Of a stretch of 64,000 bases of DNA, positions 10,736 through 23,500 are shown piece by piece. Location: assembly GCA_020891255.1 (NCBI GenBank), contig BQFW01000006.1, positions 558,001-622,000 of the forward strand, written 5' to 3'. Numbering within the stretch: position 1 is the stretch's first letter; each line of letters starts with the position of its first letter. A program made the position numbers and the translations under genes. This stretch comes from Entomortierella parvispora E1425 (taxonomy: Eukaryota; Fungi; Mortierellomycota). A model generated the notes under the pieces. That model was given only the letters and a program-made list of their open reading frames with translations. It had not been told where the DNA came from and did no database searches.

Positions 10736-13700
10736 TTAAATGTTCTTCACGATAAAAGTGGGCTGTCCGGGGACAGACTGCTCTGCGGCACGGACAATAT
10801 CCTCCTCAGCAGCCAACTCGGGCACGGTGGCAACCTCGTCCGACTTGACCAAAGTGAAGGTGTCATAGCCCAAAATCTTGCGCAAGTACTCAGAGTGCTC
10901 ACCCAACAAAGTGAGCTCGTCAAAGGACAATGTCCTCGAGAACACAGAGGCACCCTGGGATTCGGCCTTCTTCTTCAAGTCATGCAAGAAAGGCATGACC
11001 TTCTTGTCCTTCATCAAACCCTTAGCACCCAACTCCTTCTTGATGAAATCATCGTCAAAGAGCTTGCCACCGTTGGCAGCAGCCTCGGGTCTGTAGGCTT
11101 CCTTCAAGACCTGGATAGAAGCCTCCTGCCACTCGGGGAACTTGGCAGCAACCAAGATGGTGATCTTCTTGGGCTTGAAGGGATCAAAGACATCAGCCTT
11201 GCCCTTCTTCTTCTTCTTCAAAGCCTGGGTCTCGGCAGCACGGACGCTGGTCAACTGGCGACGCAAGTATTCAATCTCTTGCAAGACGTTCTCGTCGACC
11301 TCTCCAGCCTTGGGCCAGCGAGCGTTGACGACCAAGCCCTCCTTGCCCAACAAAGTACCCCAGACATACTCAGACCAATGTGTGACAATGGGCGAGATAA
11401 TCAAGGTCTGGACCTCAATGTAACGCATGATCAAGTCGTGGTTCATGGGGATATCCATCAACGTGCAGGCCTCACGGTAGAAATCGCGGGCAGCCATCAA
11501 CTCGTAGAATCCTCCCTTCACGGCCTCACGGTAGAAAGTGGCCTCGTAGTCGGCCTCGGCTTGGTTAATCAACTTGTTCATGTGAGACTCAAAGACACGG
11601 TCGTAGAAGTTGTACTGATCACGACCAGTCTTTCTGTAGGTGTCCTTGGCAGCCAAGGTCTCCTGAATCCACTCCATCAAAGTGTACAACTTCAAGATGC
11701 AGGCGTTGGCGGTGGAATCCTCAAAGTTGGCATCCTCTCCGGAATCTCCGGCATCAGCCAAGGCCAAACGGGCAGCGTCAGCTCCATACTTGTCGACGGC
11801 CTCAGCAAGACCCAAGAAGTTTCCAAGCGACTTACTCATCTTCTCACCGTTCATCAACAAGTGTCCGTTAGCACGGATGCTGCGGGGCCAGTACTTCTTG
11901 GGGAACAAGGCAACGTGGTTGTAGATGGCGAAGGTCAAATGGTTGGGGATCAACTCCTTGCCAGAGGTACGGACATCCAAGGGGTAGAAGTACTCGAACT
12001 CGCGCTTCATCTTGTCCAAATCGGCCTTGGGGATATCGGTATCGGTGGGCAAAGGTCCATCGGCCAAGATGTACTCAAAGGCCTGGTCCGTCATCTGCTC
12101 GGCCTTGATACCCAGGGGTCCAGGAACAGATCCGTCAATGGATCCTCCCTGCAACAAGGCAGCAATTGTGTAGTAGGCCATGTAGATGGTCGAATCCGAC
12201 AAGGACTCGATCAAGAAGTTGTGATCCCAAGGCAACCTGGTGCCCAATCCATAGGAGCGAGCGCAAGCCCACTTGTTCAACCAAGCCAAGTTCTTCTCGA
12301 AGGCGTTTCTGGTCTCCTCGGTGTAAACGTTCATGCCAGCCAAGCACTCCTCAGCCTGCTTGCGCCACTCAGCCTCACCGTAATCCAAGTACCACTGGTC
12401 CATCAAAGCAACCACGCACTCGTCTCCTGAGCGGGACATGACCAAGTTCTCGGGCTCGTTATAGGGAACAGCCAGTCCAGCATCGATCAACTCCTGGCGA
12501 ATCAAAGGCTTGGCCTCCTGGACGGGCTTGCCGTTGTGGTCGCCAATGATCATAACTCCGTTGTAGAATCCATCCTTGTAGACGGCATCCTTGGCCAAGG
12601 CCAACTGGGTCTTGTCCTTCTGAGAAGCAATCTTCATCTGGGCGCAAATGGTGGGAGCAGCCAAGGAGCCATAGGTGGGGGTGTTGATGATGGGAACGGG
12701 GTCATAAGAAACGATCCACTCGGGCTGAATCTTGTAATAGTCGGGCTTCTTCTTCAAGTCCATGACGGTAGCGAAATCATCGGGGGAGTCAGAGGGAACT
12801 GAAGTAACGACACCGGTACCCTTGGTGGCCAAAACACCATCCATGGGCAAGACATACACGGAGGCAAAGGTGCTCAAGGGAGCCTTGACCTGAGAACCAA
12901 CCAACTGACGACCGACCAAATCAGCGACCTTGACAACCTCACCGTTGGAGGGGGACAAGTTCTGGAAAGCCATGTTGCGGGCGGCGCGCTCAGTCATCAA
13001 GAACAACTCATCGGATTTGTGGCTCTTGAAGATACCGTACTTGATATCAACACCGACAAAGCAGTTGGTCTGTCCGTACATGGTCTCGGGACGGAGAGTG
13101 GCAGCAACCATGAAGATTTGCTTACCCTCAACCTCCTTGTTTCCAGCCAAGGCTGCCTGGGTCTCGGGAGAGAACTCGACAACCTTCAGCTTGATGCAGG
13201 TGTAATCCTGGGGTCCGACACCCTCTCCGCTCTGACGATCGTGATCCATGCAAGGCTGACCGTCCTTGGGCGAGTAGATAGTGTAACGTTCGCCGAACTT
13301 GACCTTGTTCAAGGCCTTCAGCTTATTGAATTGCCAGCGAATGAAAGCGTCGTAGAAGGGGTTGGCATCGGTGGTGATGAATGAACGACGGAAATCGATC
13401 TTGTAACCAATCTTCTTGGTATCGGCCTAAAAGTAGAGAATAAGCACAGAGTAGTCGGCTGTCAGTCCTGTTTCGCAATCAACCTGTCTCCATTGATCAA
13501 CAAGATGGTCGCGTTTCGTACGGTGGCAATTGGGGGGAAGTAGGTCAACCAGTGCTGAGGATCGGCAAACTTGTGGATCTCCTCACGGGGGACACCAATC
13601 TGCTCCATGATCTGGAACTGGTACTTGAGTCCAGTGTTCTTAGCGACGACCTTGCCCTTCTTGGCGACAATCTTGGTGGGGTCGACACGTTCAGCAACTG

Positions 13701-14613
13701 GGGTCTCCTTCAAGTTCAAGTTCTCGACCTCGGGAACCTCGGGCTCTATGACATTTCAAAAAGACCACGTTAGGATTCTTCACCGTGCCAAGTGAATATC
13801 TCCAGAAGTGAATAAGACAAAGTAAAAAGCCTACCCTCAGGGACGATGTAGCCCTTGCCGAACATCTCCATCTCACGGGCCAACTTATCAGCGCAGGCCT
13901 ATTAAATCAAATAAAAACATGGTGACTGGTGTGAGAATCTCTTTCATCCTTGGCAAACGCTCCTCCAGAGAATGATCTCAGTGTATCCACTGGTGCCCAG
14001 CTTACTCTGATGGGCATGCCGGTACAATGCCATCCCAAGGGGAACAAGGCACGTCTGCCTTGAAGACGGTGGTATCCAGTAGCGAACTCAATCTTGGAGA
14101 TGGTGAATCCGTGTCCCAAATGCAAGCGTCCGTTCAAGTAAGGGTAGGCGGTGGTGGACAAGAATTTGGGGTGAGCCTCATGGATGGTTGAGATATCAGG
14201 GTGCTCCTCGATCGTAGGCGCATTAACCTCGAAGGCCTTCTCGGCCTCCCAGATTTGCTGGATCTTGGACTCGATGCTCATCAAAGCATCTCGCTTGGCC
14301 GTCTGTGAATTCCGATAGCATTGTTTGTTGACAAGTGTGAATTAATAGTTGTCCAATGACGTCCAGAGATTTGGCGAAAGATTGTGCAGGTTGAGTTGAA
14401 TAGTAATTCGGCCATGGTAAAGAAATGTAAAAAAGAGCAGGACATGGTTAGTGGCAACGCTCTACTGCATTCCCGGCTGATCCGGCTGTGGCTGCAGGAC
14501 TGCAAAACATCAGTAGCATCGAAGCACGGTAGACAGACGGGTTAAGTTGTAGCTGACTGACTGACTGATAGAGAGATAGTCAGGCTCGGTGCATGTACCT
14601 TTGGTTCCGACAT
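10736..14613 (-). CDS. CDC60: Cytosolic leucyl-tRNA synthetase; exons (minus) 14613..14599, 14302..14006, 13898..13835, 13745..13522, 13426..10736
   Basis: HIGH-like PYLNGRLHLGH, editing-domain ATLRPETMYGQTNC and GTGVVTSVPSDSPDD, KMSKS motif (GEKMSKSLGNF), ESLSDSTIYMAYYT. All four introns are GT-AG and in frame. The 15-nt first exon (MSEPK) is inferred from ATG...AAG|GTACAT. Confidence 0.97.
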
Positions 14614-17600
14614 GATGTGATGAATGGTGATGAGAGAAAACAAACGGCGATCACTTTTCCTTTTGTCCTTTTCCTGGGTGTGGGGGCGCATTTCTTTCGG
14701 TTCCTGGCCCTGCAAAAAAATTAAAAAAAAAAAAGTGACGTGGACTGATCTTCGTTATTTCCAGGCAGGGTTACTCATCCTCTATTTCCAGTCGTGGAAA
14801 ATTGCAAGCTTATTTTGGTGGCAATCCCATGTGTGATGCAACTCTCGCACGCTTGGTCCCTCTTCCCATCCGCTCATCCGCTCTCAGCCCAGGTGGCCGT
14901 GGGATCTTTCCCGCAGTCGACTTTGCTATCTGCTTCTCTTGGCACGGTCGGTTTGTCATTTCTGTCGCTTCTCGTCAGAATTCTCGTGAGCACCTGCACC
15001 GAAAGACTCCAAAGATACTCGTGAGTGACTAACTTGACTTGCCTCTTGTTTTGACAGAGACGCCTCGCCTCCACTTGCATGGATAGCTAGCTATCTCTAC
15101 TCCCTCTCTCTTATCTATTACTTTAGAATTACTCAAAAGACTTGGAGAAGCCTACATATACCAGGGCGTCGCGTAGCTGATGTGAGAGCAAAAGATACCG
15201 CCGTTGCTGTGGCGAGATTTCAGACCGAGATATAGTAACTCCCAAGAGGGGTTCCTGCGGAGGCAAAACAACCATGTGCAGTCCACATCCAATTTAAGAG
15301 ACCAAAAGTCGTCGAGTTGACTCTCCCAGGTGTCAGTTGCACAAATGGACTTGAAAATGCAGAAACCTTGCATTTCGTCGCAGAGGACTGAATCACGCTC
15401 CACAGCAGCTGCCCTTTTTCTATCCAGATGACTTCAATGAGCGAATGGAATTTGCATGACTTTGAGACCCCTACGGAGCCTGTTACAAGAGCGAAACTGT
15501 TACTTCGATCGCGTTTGTACTACTTTCATGTCGATGATGCTTAACCCGACTTTTGTCTTTGTAAATTACCTGGACAATCCCCCTACACCGATGTCACGAA
15601 ACAGAGTTTGTGCAACTTTTTTCGAAAACCAAATTAAAAAAGACTTTTTTAGTCTTCTAGATTGGACGTGGACTGTGCTTCCGTCAATAGACAAAAGTCG
15701 TTCAGACCTTGGGTGAGGTTTGTCGACGCAGGACTCCAAATAGCCATCGCTCAATAAAGCACTGCCAAAACAAGGATCGCAAAACTAGATTGATTGCAGC
15801 AGAAAGTGATACAAAACGGGTAATAAGTGATGACGCTAGTGTGGAACATACGCAAAGTATGTACGGGTGAGGACCAGAAGATGGGCGATTGGGGTCCTCC
15901 ACATTGTGACACGCGAGTAATAAAACCAGGGCGTTAGGGCGTTGGGTCCCAGCAGGTGTCAGATCCGGAACACAAAGTCTCATTTGTCAAGCCCTCCCCC
16001 ACTCCCTCCCCGGCACACTACTGCTGTTTATAAACAGCAGATGACGAACATGCTATGGACAGAGATGATGGATCCTACTGACGAGTCTCAATCGAAACAG
16101 ACACCGATCTTGTGGCAAATTAATGAAAAACAATGTCATAGGTCCATTGAGTCCCATGCTCTGAACGGAGATCACTCGCGGACGATGATTGTCCGCTTTG
16201 GGCGGTGCACTTTGATTCCTGTGGCTCAGATATAAACTGAGCCATTTTAGAGCTTTGAAAGTGCGAACTGAGGGCTGGCTCGTCAGATGGAGCTCCTTTG
16301 GAGCACCGAGTTGGACAAAACTAGCCTAAAAAAACTTTACTGGGGGGCTCATCCACCCAATGCCGGGTAAATCGGCCAAAGCCTGCCTACTGTTCGGTCG
16401 GGAAGGTTGAGTTGAGGCGCTCACCCTTGCCATAGCTATTTTTTGGTCTCCTGAGATGGCACAAAGGGCTGGGGGGAGGAGGTTGAGCTCCCACATGAAT
16501 TCTCGTTCATTCTGGGGATTGTGCTAGTTTTTGTTCCTCCTGAAAATCTTCGGCCCCTGCGCCTTTGTTGCGAGTCTTTTTTGTAGTTGTTTTTTGTCGT
16601 TCACCACACTCCGAAAATAGGACCCAAAAACGAAAAAGCTTGGTCTTGGGCGCGGCGTCCAGCTGATGACGATGAATCGGAACGAAGCTATTCACCTGAA
16701 CATCTCTGTTGCTGTTATTTTTTTCGCTCTCAGCCAAAGTGGGCAGAGTCAAGTCTCTCTTTTAGCGCGTCCTCATTCTTCGGTTTCGAACGCCAACAAC
16801 TCCCCTGGGCAACAAGGCCCATCGTCGAGTGCTGCTGAATACGAAAGAGTGTTCTCTGAGAATAGCTGATACACGATACACCCAAGGTGATTATTCGGAC
16901 ATTTTTGTCCCATCCACCATAGACGCTCGAGAAGAATCAAGTCCCGAAGGGATGCACAGAACCAGTTTTGCATCCAAACTCGTCATCTGGGGCCTGGCAA
17001 TTTTCTAAATTAGGCACAGTCAGCAGCACAGGAAACCCGGGAGAAAACACATGAAATTTAGTGTTCTACCAGGAAACCGTATTTATTTGTGTTTTCGGCA
17101 AGATGATTGCCACTGGGGATGGTGTCTGGTACAGGGAAGGCATCAGGGTTTGCCATGGATCTTGCTAGCCCATCACTGCCTCCATCATAGCCCAGGGCAG
17201 TGAAGCACTGGGATGTGGGTATTCTGCAAGGGCTGAATCCAGGGATTATCGCAAAGTGGAAAGGGGTTGTCCGCCCGAGCACAGGTCGAAGAAAACAATT
17301 GTAACCCGGGTTTGGTCGACTATTTTTAGGGCTAAAGAGATAAACAGTGCCTGACGTACAACCGTTGTCCTGAATAATGAAAAGTGGGAAACAAAAAAGA
17401 ACCGAAACGCCGCCGACTTTTGCTCGAGTACAAATGCAGTGCCGTCGCCAGCCTTTCCCCCTTCTTTTTTCCTCTTTCTCTTCTCTCTGTCCTTCTCTTC
17501 CATTGTCCTCTCGACTCCTTCTTGAGACTCGTCTCCCATCTTCTCCTTCATCACCGTTGGCACATCATTCGGCCTTTTTTGCCTTCCGTTACCTCTCTTT

Positions 17601-17671
17601 TGTTTGCATCCTTTCGGACTCCACTCTTCTTTTCTCGCTCTTTTGTCCCTCCGCACTTTAGTACCCTCATA

Positions 17672-19163
17672 ATGGTCAAATTGTTTGCCTCTTCACTCAC
17701 AATCTTGGTCGTGTCCTTGGCCTTGGTCAAGGCCCAGGAGCCCATCGTCGTGGCAAACTACCCAAAGCCCAACGCCGTCCCCCCAATCAACTCGCCCGAG
17801 GTTATCGCCTGGCTCAAGGAGATTGACCTCACTGGCGCACCCGACCTGCCCCTTCACAAGGGCGATCCTCCTTCTTGCCCTAACCCCCCTATTCCTAACG
17901 AGTAAGTGTTGCTAGTCAAGCCCATGCTTGTTATTACCCTCCCTCTCTTCCCCCTCTTTCGACTCGGTCGGGAGAAAATCCTTGTCACGGTTGCGCGTTG
18001 ATTTCTTTAGAGACCAAAACAATCCCCGGTCAAAGAACAGCGAAAACGAACTATGTGAGATCAAAATGATCGAAGCAATCGCAGTCTGCTCCCTCCTTTT
18101 CTTTCTCCCTCTCCTTTTTCGCTCCTTTTCCTTAACAGTGCAGGTCCGAGTCGTTGAGGAACATTGGTTCCTTGTTGATGAGGCTACACACGCCCAACTG
18201 CAACAAACTGCCTTGGAACTCTGAATCCAATCAAATTTTCAAATCGACTGACGGCCATTCAACTCTCTTTTAATTGCATTACTCAGGTGCTACTGGACCT
18301 GCGAGGGCTGCGCTGCCGATGATATTGTCTCCTGCACCCGTCCCAACACCTGGGGCTTGACCTTTGACGATGGTCCCTCAGATGCCACTCCTACTCTTCT
18401 GAACTACCTTAACGGCGCCAAGTTGTCTGCTACTTTCTTCTTGATCGGCTCCAACGTCATCCAATACCCCGATACCGTCAAGCGCGAGTTGGCCGAGGGC
18501 CATCACTTGGCCTCCCACACCTGGTCCCACCACGCCTTGACCACCCTTTCCAACGAACAGATTGTTGCCGAGATGAAATGGACCGAGAAGGCCGTCATGG
18601 CCGCCACTGGTCTCCGTATGAAGTACATGCGTCCCCCATATGGTGATATCAACAACCGTGTCCGTTTCGTCCTCAAGAAGTTGGGTTACATTCCCGTTGA
18701 CTGGACTGGCGATGAGTTTGATACCAACGATTGGCAGATGCCCGACACCATGACTGAGGCCCAGGTCATCGCTACCTTCACCAAGTCCTTGGATGCTTAC
18801 TCTGGCCCCAATGGCAACAGAACCCGCGGCTTCTACTGCTTGGAGCACGACTTGAACACCTTGACTGTCGGTGCTGCCCAAAAGTTGATCCCCTTGGGTC
18901 AGCAGAGAAACATCACCTTTGCCAACGTTGCTCAGTGCGAGTCCGATGCTGCTCCTTACCAGTCCGGCGGCACTACCCCCATGCCCTCTACCAGCGCCAC
19001 CGCCACCAGTGCTCCCTCTGCTTCCGGCACTTCCACTGCTACCGCTTCCGGCAAGGGCCCTGCTACCACTTCTGCTGACAAGACCGCTGGCGCTTCTTTG
19101 GTTGCTGCCTCAAGTGTCTTCACTTTGGCCGTCGCTGCCGTCGCTGGCCTCATCGTTGCATAA
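17672..19163 (+). CDS. Chitin/polysaccharide deacetylase (CE4, NodB homology), signal peptide and probable GPI anchor; exons 17672..17901, 18287..19163
   Basis: Signal peptide MVKLFASSLTILVVSLALVKA; CE4 motifs TFDDGP, HTWSH, RPPYG and LEHD; Ser/Thr/Ala-rich stalk and hydrophobic C-terminus. Intron 17902..18286 (GTAAGT...CTCAG) is in frame. Confidence 0.93.
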
Positions 19164-20582
19164 ATATGCAGTAGAAAAAATCTAATTCCATCTATAGATC
19201 ATCTCCATAAAAAACACTACAAAAACACTACTTTTACCACCACGCGTCTTCAGAGTCTGCCTTTGTTGTTTGTTGTTGTTTATTGTTTTTTTGTTCTTGT
19301 CTTGATCTTTTTTCAGCCTCATCCTTTTGTGCCTGTGTCCATTTTTATTTGCTTGGTAAACTTCCAAAAAGCTCGGGCGTGTTTCCTCTATTCCGTCATT
19401 GCGGACACAAGAGAACACAGACTTCCCCCACCCCTTGTGTCCCAATCCACTGTTGCCCCTGATCCCTTTGTTGTTGGCTGTAAAAAAAAAATACAGAGGA
19501 TCGGGACCAAGACCTCCAAGTTACTCCAGAGACAAAAAAAAAAAAAAAACTCGGATGTCCTCACGGATCTTTTGTGGCTTTCAGTGCCTTCCTTGCGGGA
19601 ACAGTTGGCCTGTGTCAACTGTGGTCGATTGATTTTAGTTTGGAGGATGCGAGAGAAAGAGAAAAAGACAGAGAGGTGGTCTGAACGGCATGCACCCCTG
19701 CTTCGCTTTTTTTTCTTTTTTTCTTTTTTTTTTTTGCCGTGGGCCTTCTTCCAAGCAAGGGAATGATGGCAGATCTATCGGGGCGGTTTCGTTTGTGCCC
19801 CCCAACTGGACAGGATGGAAAAAGAAACACGGGCACTTGAGAGAGAGAGATAGAGAGATAGATAGAGAGAGAGCAGGGAGGACCAAAGAGTGTGGAAGTA
19901 GGCTGGATGATTGCGGGTGGGGAGGAAGGGGGAGAGAGGCCGAGAGGATCAGGGAAAGGGCTTGTTGAGAGCAAGAGGACGCAAACGGGGGGTGTGCGCA
20001 GAAGGGAGACAGAAAAAAAGAGCGGGAAGAAATGTCGCCGATGTTGGCGTCATGCATCCGTGAGAGCAAAAAAGGACCGAGGGATGCAAGGATGGAAGGA
20101 AGAAAGGGGAGCGGACGCGACGCGTGTTCTTTCCTTTCCTCTCTTCTCTCTCTGCTTCCATCTTCCTCCTCGTCTTCTTCCCCCCTCCTCCTCCTCTCTC
20201 TCTCTTTCTTTCGTCGATCGATCCGTCTTTTTTCCGCTTCTGTTGCACTTGCGAGAAAACTGCCACAAGCGATACCTCCCCCAATCCTTTGTCTCTCTTT
20301 TCTTTTCTTCTCTTTTCTCTCTTTGGCAGCGTTTCCTTCATCCCCTCCGTGAACCTCGCTGCTTGGGGGCTGCCTCCCGCTCGAACATCCGCAGCAATTG
20401 CAAAGGGACCATTACGTGTGTGTGCTCGTGGTTACGACTCCTGGTTGCGCTGAAGAGATCGAGGGAGAGAGAGAGAGAGAAAAACTGAAAAAAAAGCATT
20501 TGTGACACGGTAGAGGAAAGACCACATCTCTTTGACATTTGACAATCCCTCCAAGTCCTCTCTACACAGTCATATCTCCGCC

Positions 20583-23500
20583 ATGTCAAAGACCCTTCCT
20601 CCTACCATCACAGTTGCACCTGCAGCAGAAAGTGCACCGACCCCAGATGAAGAGAGTGCAGCACCACCACCGTCAGCCCCTCTTGGACAGTCAACCCAAC
20701 TTCTGCTCCCGGACCAGCAACTAGCACGGGCACATGAGCACCCCATACAAGCACAGACACTTGTTCGCATCAAACCAAGCCATTATCCTCTGTCGCTTGA
20801 CACCCTTTATGGCCTCGAGGATGGCGACGACCACATTGCACCGAAGCCATTGTTCGCAGCAACCACTGTCGCACCTTCAGTGCTCTTGTTCTCGTCTAGA
20901 TCTTCGACGCCTGCACCAACAGCAGCTTTCACTTCCACTTCCAAAAACTTTCGCAAACGATGCTCCTCGACACTGTCTTTATCTCAGTCCTGGTCAAAAT
21001 CGCTGTCGCTGTCTTTAACAAAGTCAATAGCACGGTCCCGGTCATTTCCCTTCCTAGTCAAAAACACATCTTCATCAGCGACAACCACTTCCTGCTCGGT
21101 CATGACCAATGAAAAGCCACGGTTGCTACTGACTCGGTCGCTGTCTCCAACAGCAGCCATTGCCTCAACAAGGTCAAACTCCACGACGGAAGTCGATGAT
21201 GAGACTATTGCGCCATCGTCGCCGACCTCGCCATCCACGCCCTGCTCCAATAGCGACTTTGAGAACGGACATGGAAAGAAGGCCAGGAAAAGAAAGAAGA
21301 ACAAGCACCGGAGGAGTGAAACTCGACTGCAGGAACACGGCCCACCAGAAGACTCGACCAGGAACAGAATCCCGTCTTGTCACTGGAACCATGTCTCAAC
21401 CAAGACCCAGTTCGATCCTTATCCAAACCCCCAGAACCACCGCTCTGGGACGCAGCCTCTCCCCGCTCACCAAGACACGGAGATTAAGACGCTCCCAGCC
21501 AACGTTCCTGGCCCACGCGCAGACTCTTCGTCGCCGCTGTCTTCCGCAACAGCTTTGCCACATTTGCATCCAGCGCTGCCTTCACAAGGCCAGCAAGGCC
21601 AGGACTCGGGCCACAAAGGTATGTACCTATGTACTGATCTCGGGTCTTCTTTCTATCTTTTGCTTCTTTTTTTTATTGTCTTGTTCTTTTACTGCCAATG
21701 CGTCTTTCCCATTGCCACTCCATGACTTCTTGGAACTGACCCTTGTCTGTTGATCGTCCTTCTGATCTCTTCACCCCTGGGTGCCCTTCCTTCTCTTTTT
21801 CACATTGACCACCTCCTTTTCACCCTTTACCTCATCTATTCTTCTATTATCGGCTTCCCCCCTCCTCCTCATCCCTCCTCCTCCTCCTCATCGTTTTTCT
21901 CACCTTCCTTTGTTCTTTGCTCATCTCTTCCTCCTTCGATCACTCCAATTATGGCCGACACATCCATTCCTCCTCTCCCTCCCCTCTCCCTCTCTCCACT
22001 ATCAATACCACACATCCGGCCGTCTACTGCCCTGTCACACTCTCCCTCTGAACCCATCTCTCCCTCACTCCTTCTTCCAACACCAGACGATACTTTATCC
22101 GAAGGATCATCATCACCATCATCACCATCATCACCATCATCACCATCATCACCGTCGTCGACTTTTCCACAGTCCCCCACCGGTTCTAGTTCAGCCGAGT
22201 GCAATGATGACCCTTCTTCTCTCATAGCTGCGGCCGTCTCCTTTGCCTCAGCTGCCTCCTCCCTTTCTTCCAAATCGCGTTCTAGTACTGACGCTCAGAA
22301 CGTCCATTCTCGTTCATCCTCCCCATCACTATCATCACCAGAGACGACGACGACCACAGCAAAGTCAAAATCGAGCAGCGGCCGATCCATCCGATCCTTT
22401 TCGCTGTCTTCTCCCTTCTCCTTCTCCTTCTCATCCTCGTTACCCCGCCGTCGCCAGCATTCCTCGAATTCGACTCTCAATACCAATACCAATACCAACA
22501 CCAGCACCAACACCAACACCAATACCGCGTCCTCGTCGACGTCTCCTTCCCCTTCTTCGGACATTCCACCGCCACCAGTGGCGCCAGTCGCAGCATCCAT
22601 TCCTCGACCTGTCTCGACACCACCCTCAGCCCCCACTGTTGTTCCTTCTCCAAGTCCGTCATCGATTGCTCACAAAGATCTCCAGCAACACTATCCACTA
22701 GCAAAGCACCAACGTCAGCATAGTCATCCACAGGCTCAGTCCACATCAACACAGCAACAACAGCAAAAGTCAAGAACACTCAGCTTTGCAGGACCCACCA
22801 CCACCACACTGGCCCTAACGCCACCGCGCCATCGAGCAACCTCTGCTCTTTTGCCACCGCAGCCTTCTTTATCGTCGCTGACGCCTCGCCAGCATCGACT
22901 GCACCCTTCTTCTTCTTCTTCTTCTACTTCCTCTTCTTCCAGTGCCTCCTCTCCACCCCCTTCTTCTGCTCCACTGCCTGCTCCCGCTGCGCCTCGATAC
23001 CACAGCAGTAGCAACAACACTAACCCACTGCTCATCACCAACAACACTGTCAACAACATCACCCCCAACACCATCCGTCGCCAGAACAGCAGTTCTAGTT
23101 TCCGGTCCAGAGCATTGACTGACCCCATAACCACTCTCCCCCCTTTACCACACTCGCTCGCCCTTTCTAATCCAGGGCTGATTTCTCCTCCTCCTGAGAA
23201 AGAACACGATCACCTTCAGCCACGCCAGAGACGATTCTCAACAGGGCAATCGACGGTAGTGCAAGAGCTATCTATTCAGAGGCAACAACAACAACAACAA
23301 CAACAACAACAAACACAGGATCAACAACAAACCACAGCTGCTGCAGAACCACTCTCCCCGCTGACCTCTTGTGCACCTTTGACAGGGATGGCCACCGCAG
23401 CAGCATCGGTGATGGGTCACCCGTCCTACTTGGACAATGCATCAGTGCATCCCCATCAGTCATTGCAGGCTAATCAACACCAGCAGCAACACCAGCAGCA

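Noticed and set aside
10895-12430. 511-aa plus-strand ORF exactly antisense and in codon register to LeuRS (superficially recalls the Rodin-Ohno sense/antisense aaRS idea)
   Set aside because: An in-register antisense frame stays open when a highly expressed gene avoids TTA, CTA and TCA codons, which fits the biased LeuRS codon usage. The translation has no recognisable motifs.
14281-14505. ORF upstream of LeuRS considered as an alternative mitochondrial-targeting N-terminus
   Set aside because: It is in a different frame from LeuRS, and the LeuRS frame has a stop and no ATG in that intron segment.
14620-17600. 3-kb gene-free interval scanned for tRNA, ncRNA or TE remnants
   Set aside because: No cloverleaf or A/B boxes, terminal repeats or transposase-like frames were visible; treated as divergent promoter space between LeuRS and the deacetylase.
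18378-18881. 167-aa minus-strand ORF opposite the chitin deacetylase
   Set aside because: Same codon-bias shadow effect; no independent features.
19182-20500. Several ORFs between the deacetylase and the RasGEF
   Set aside because: They are GA/CT microsatellite-rich and poly-A/T-rich intergenic or UTR sequence with no coherent protein signal.
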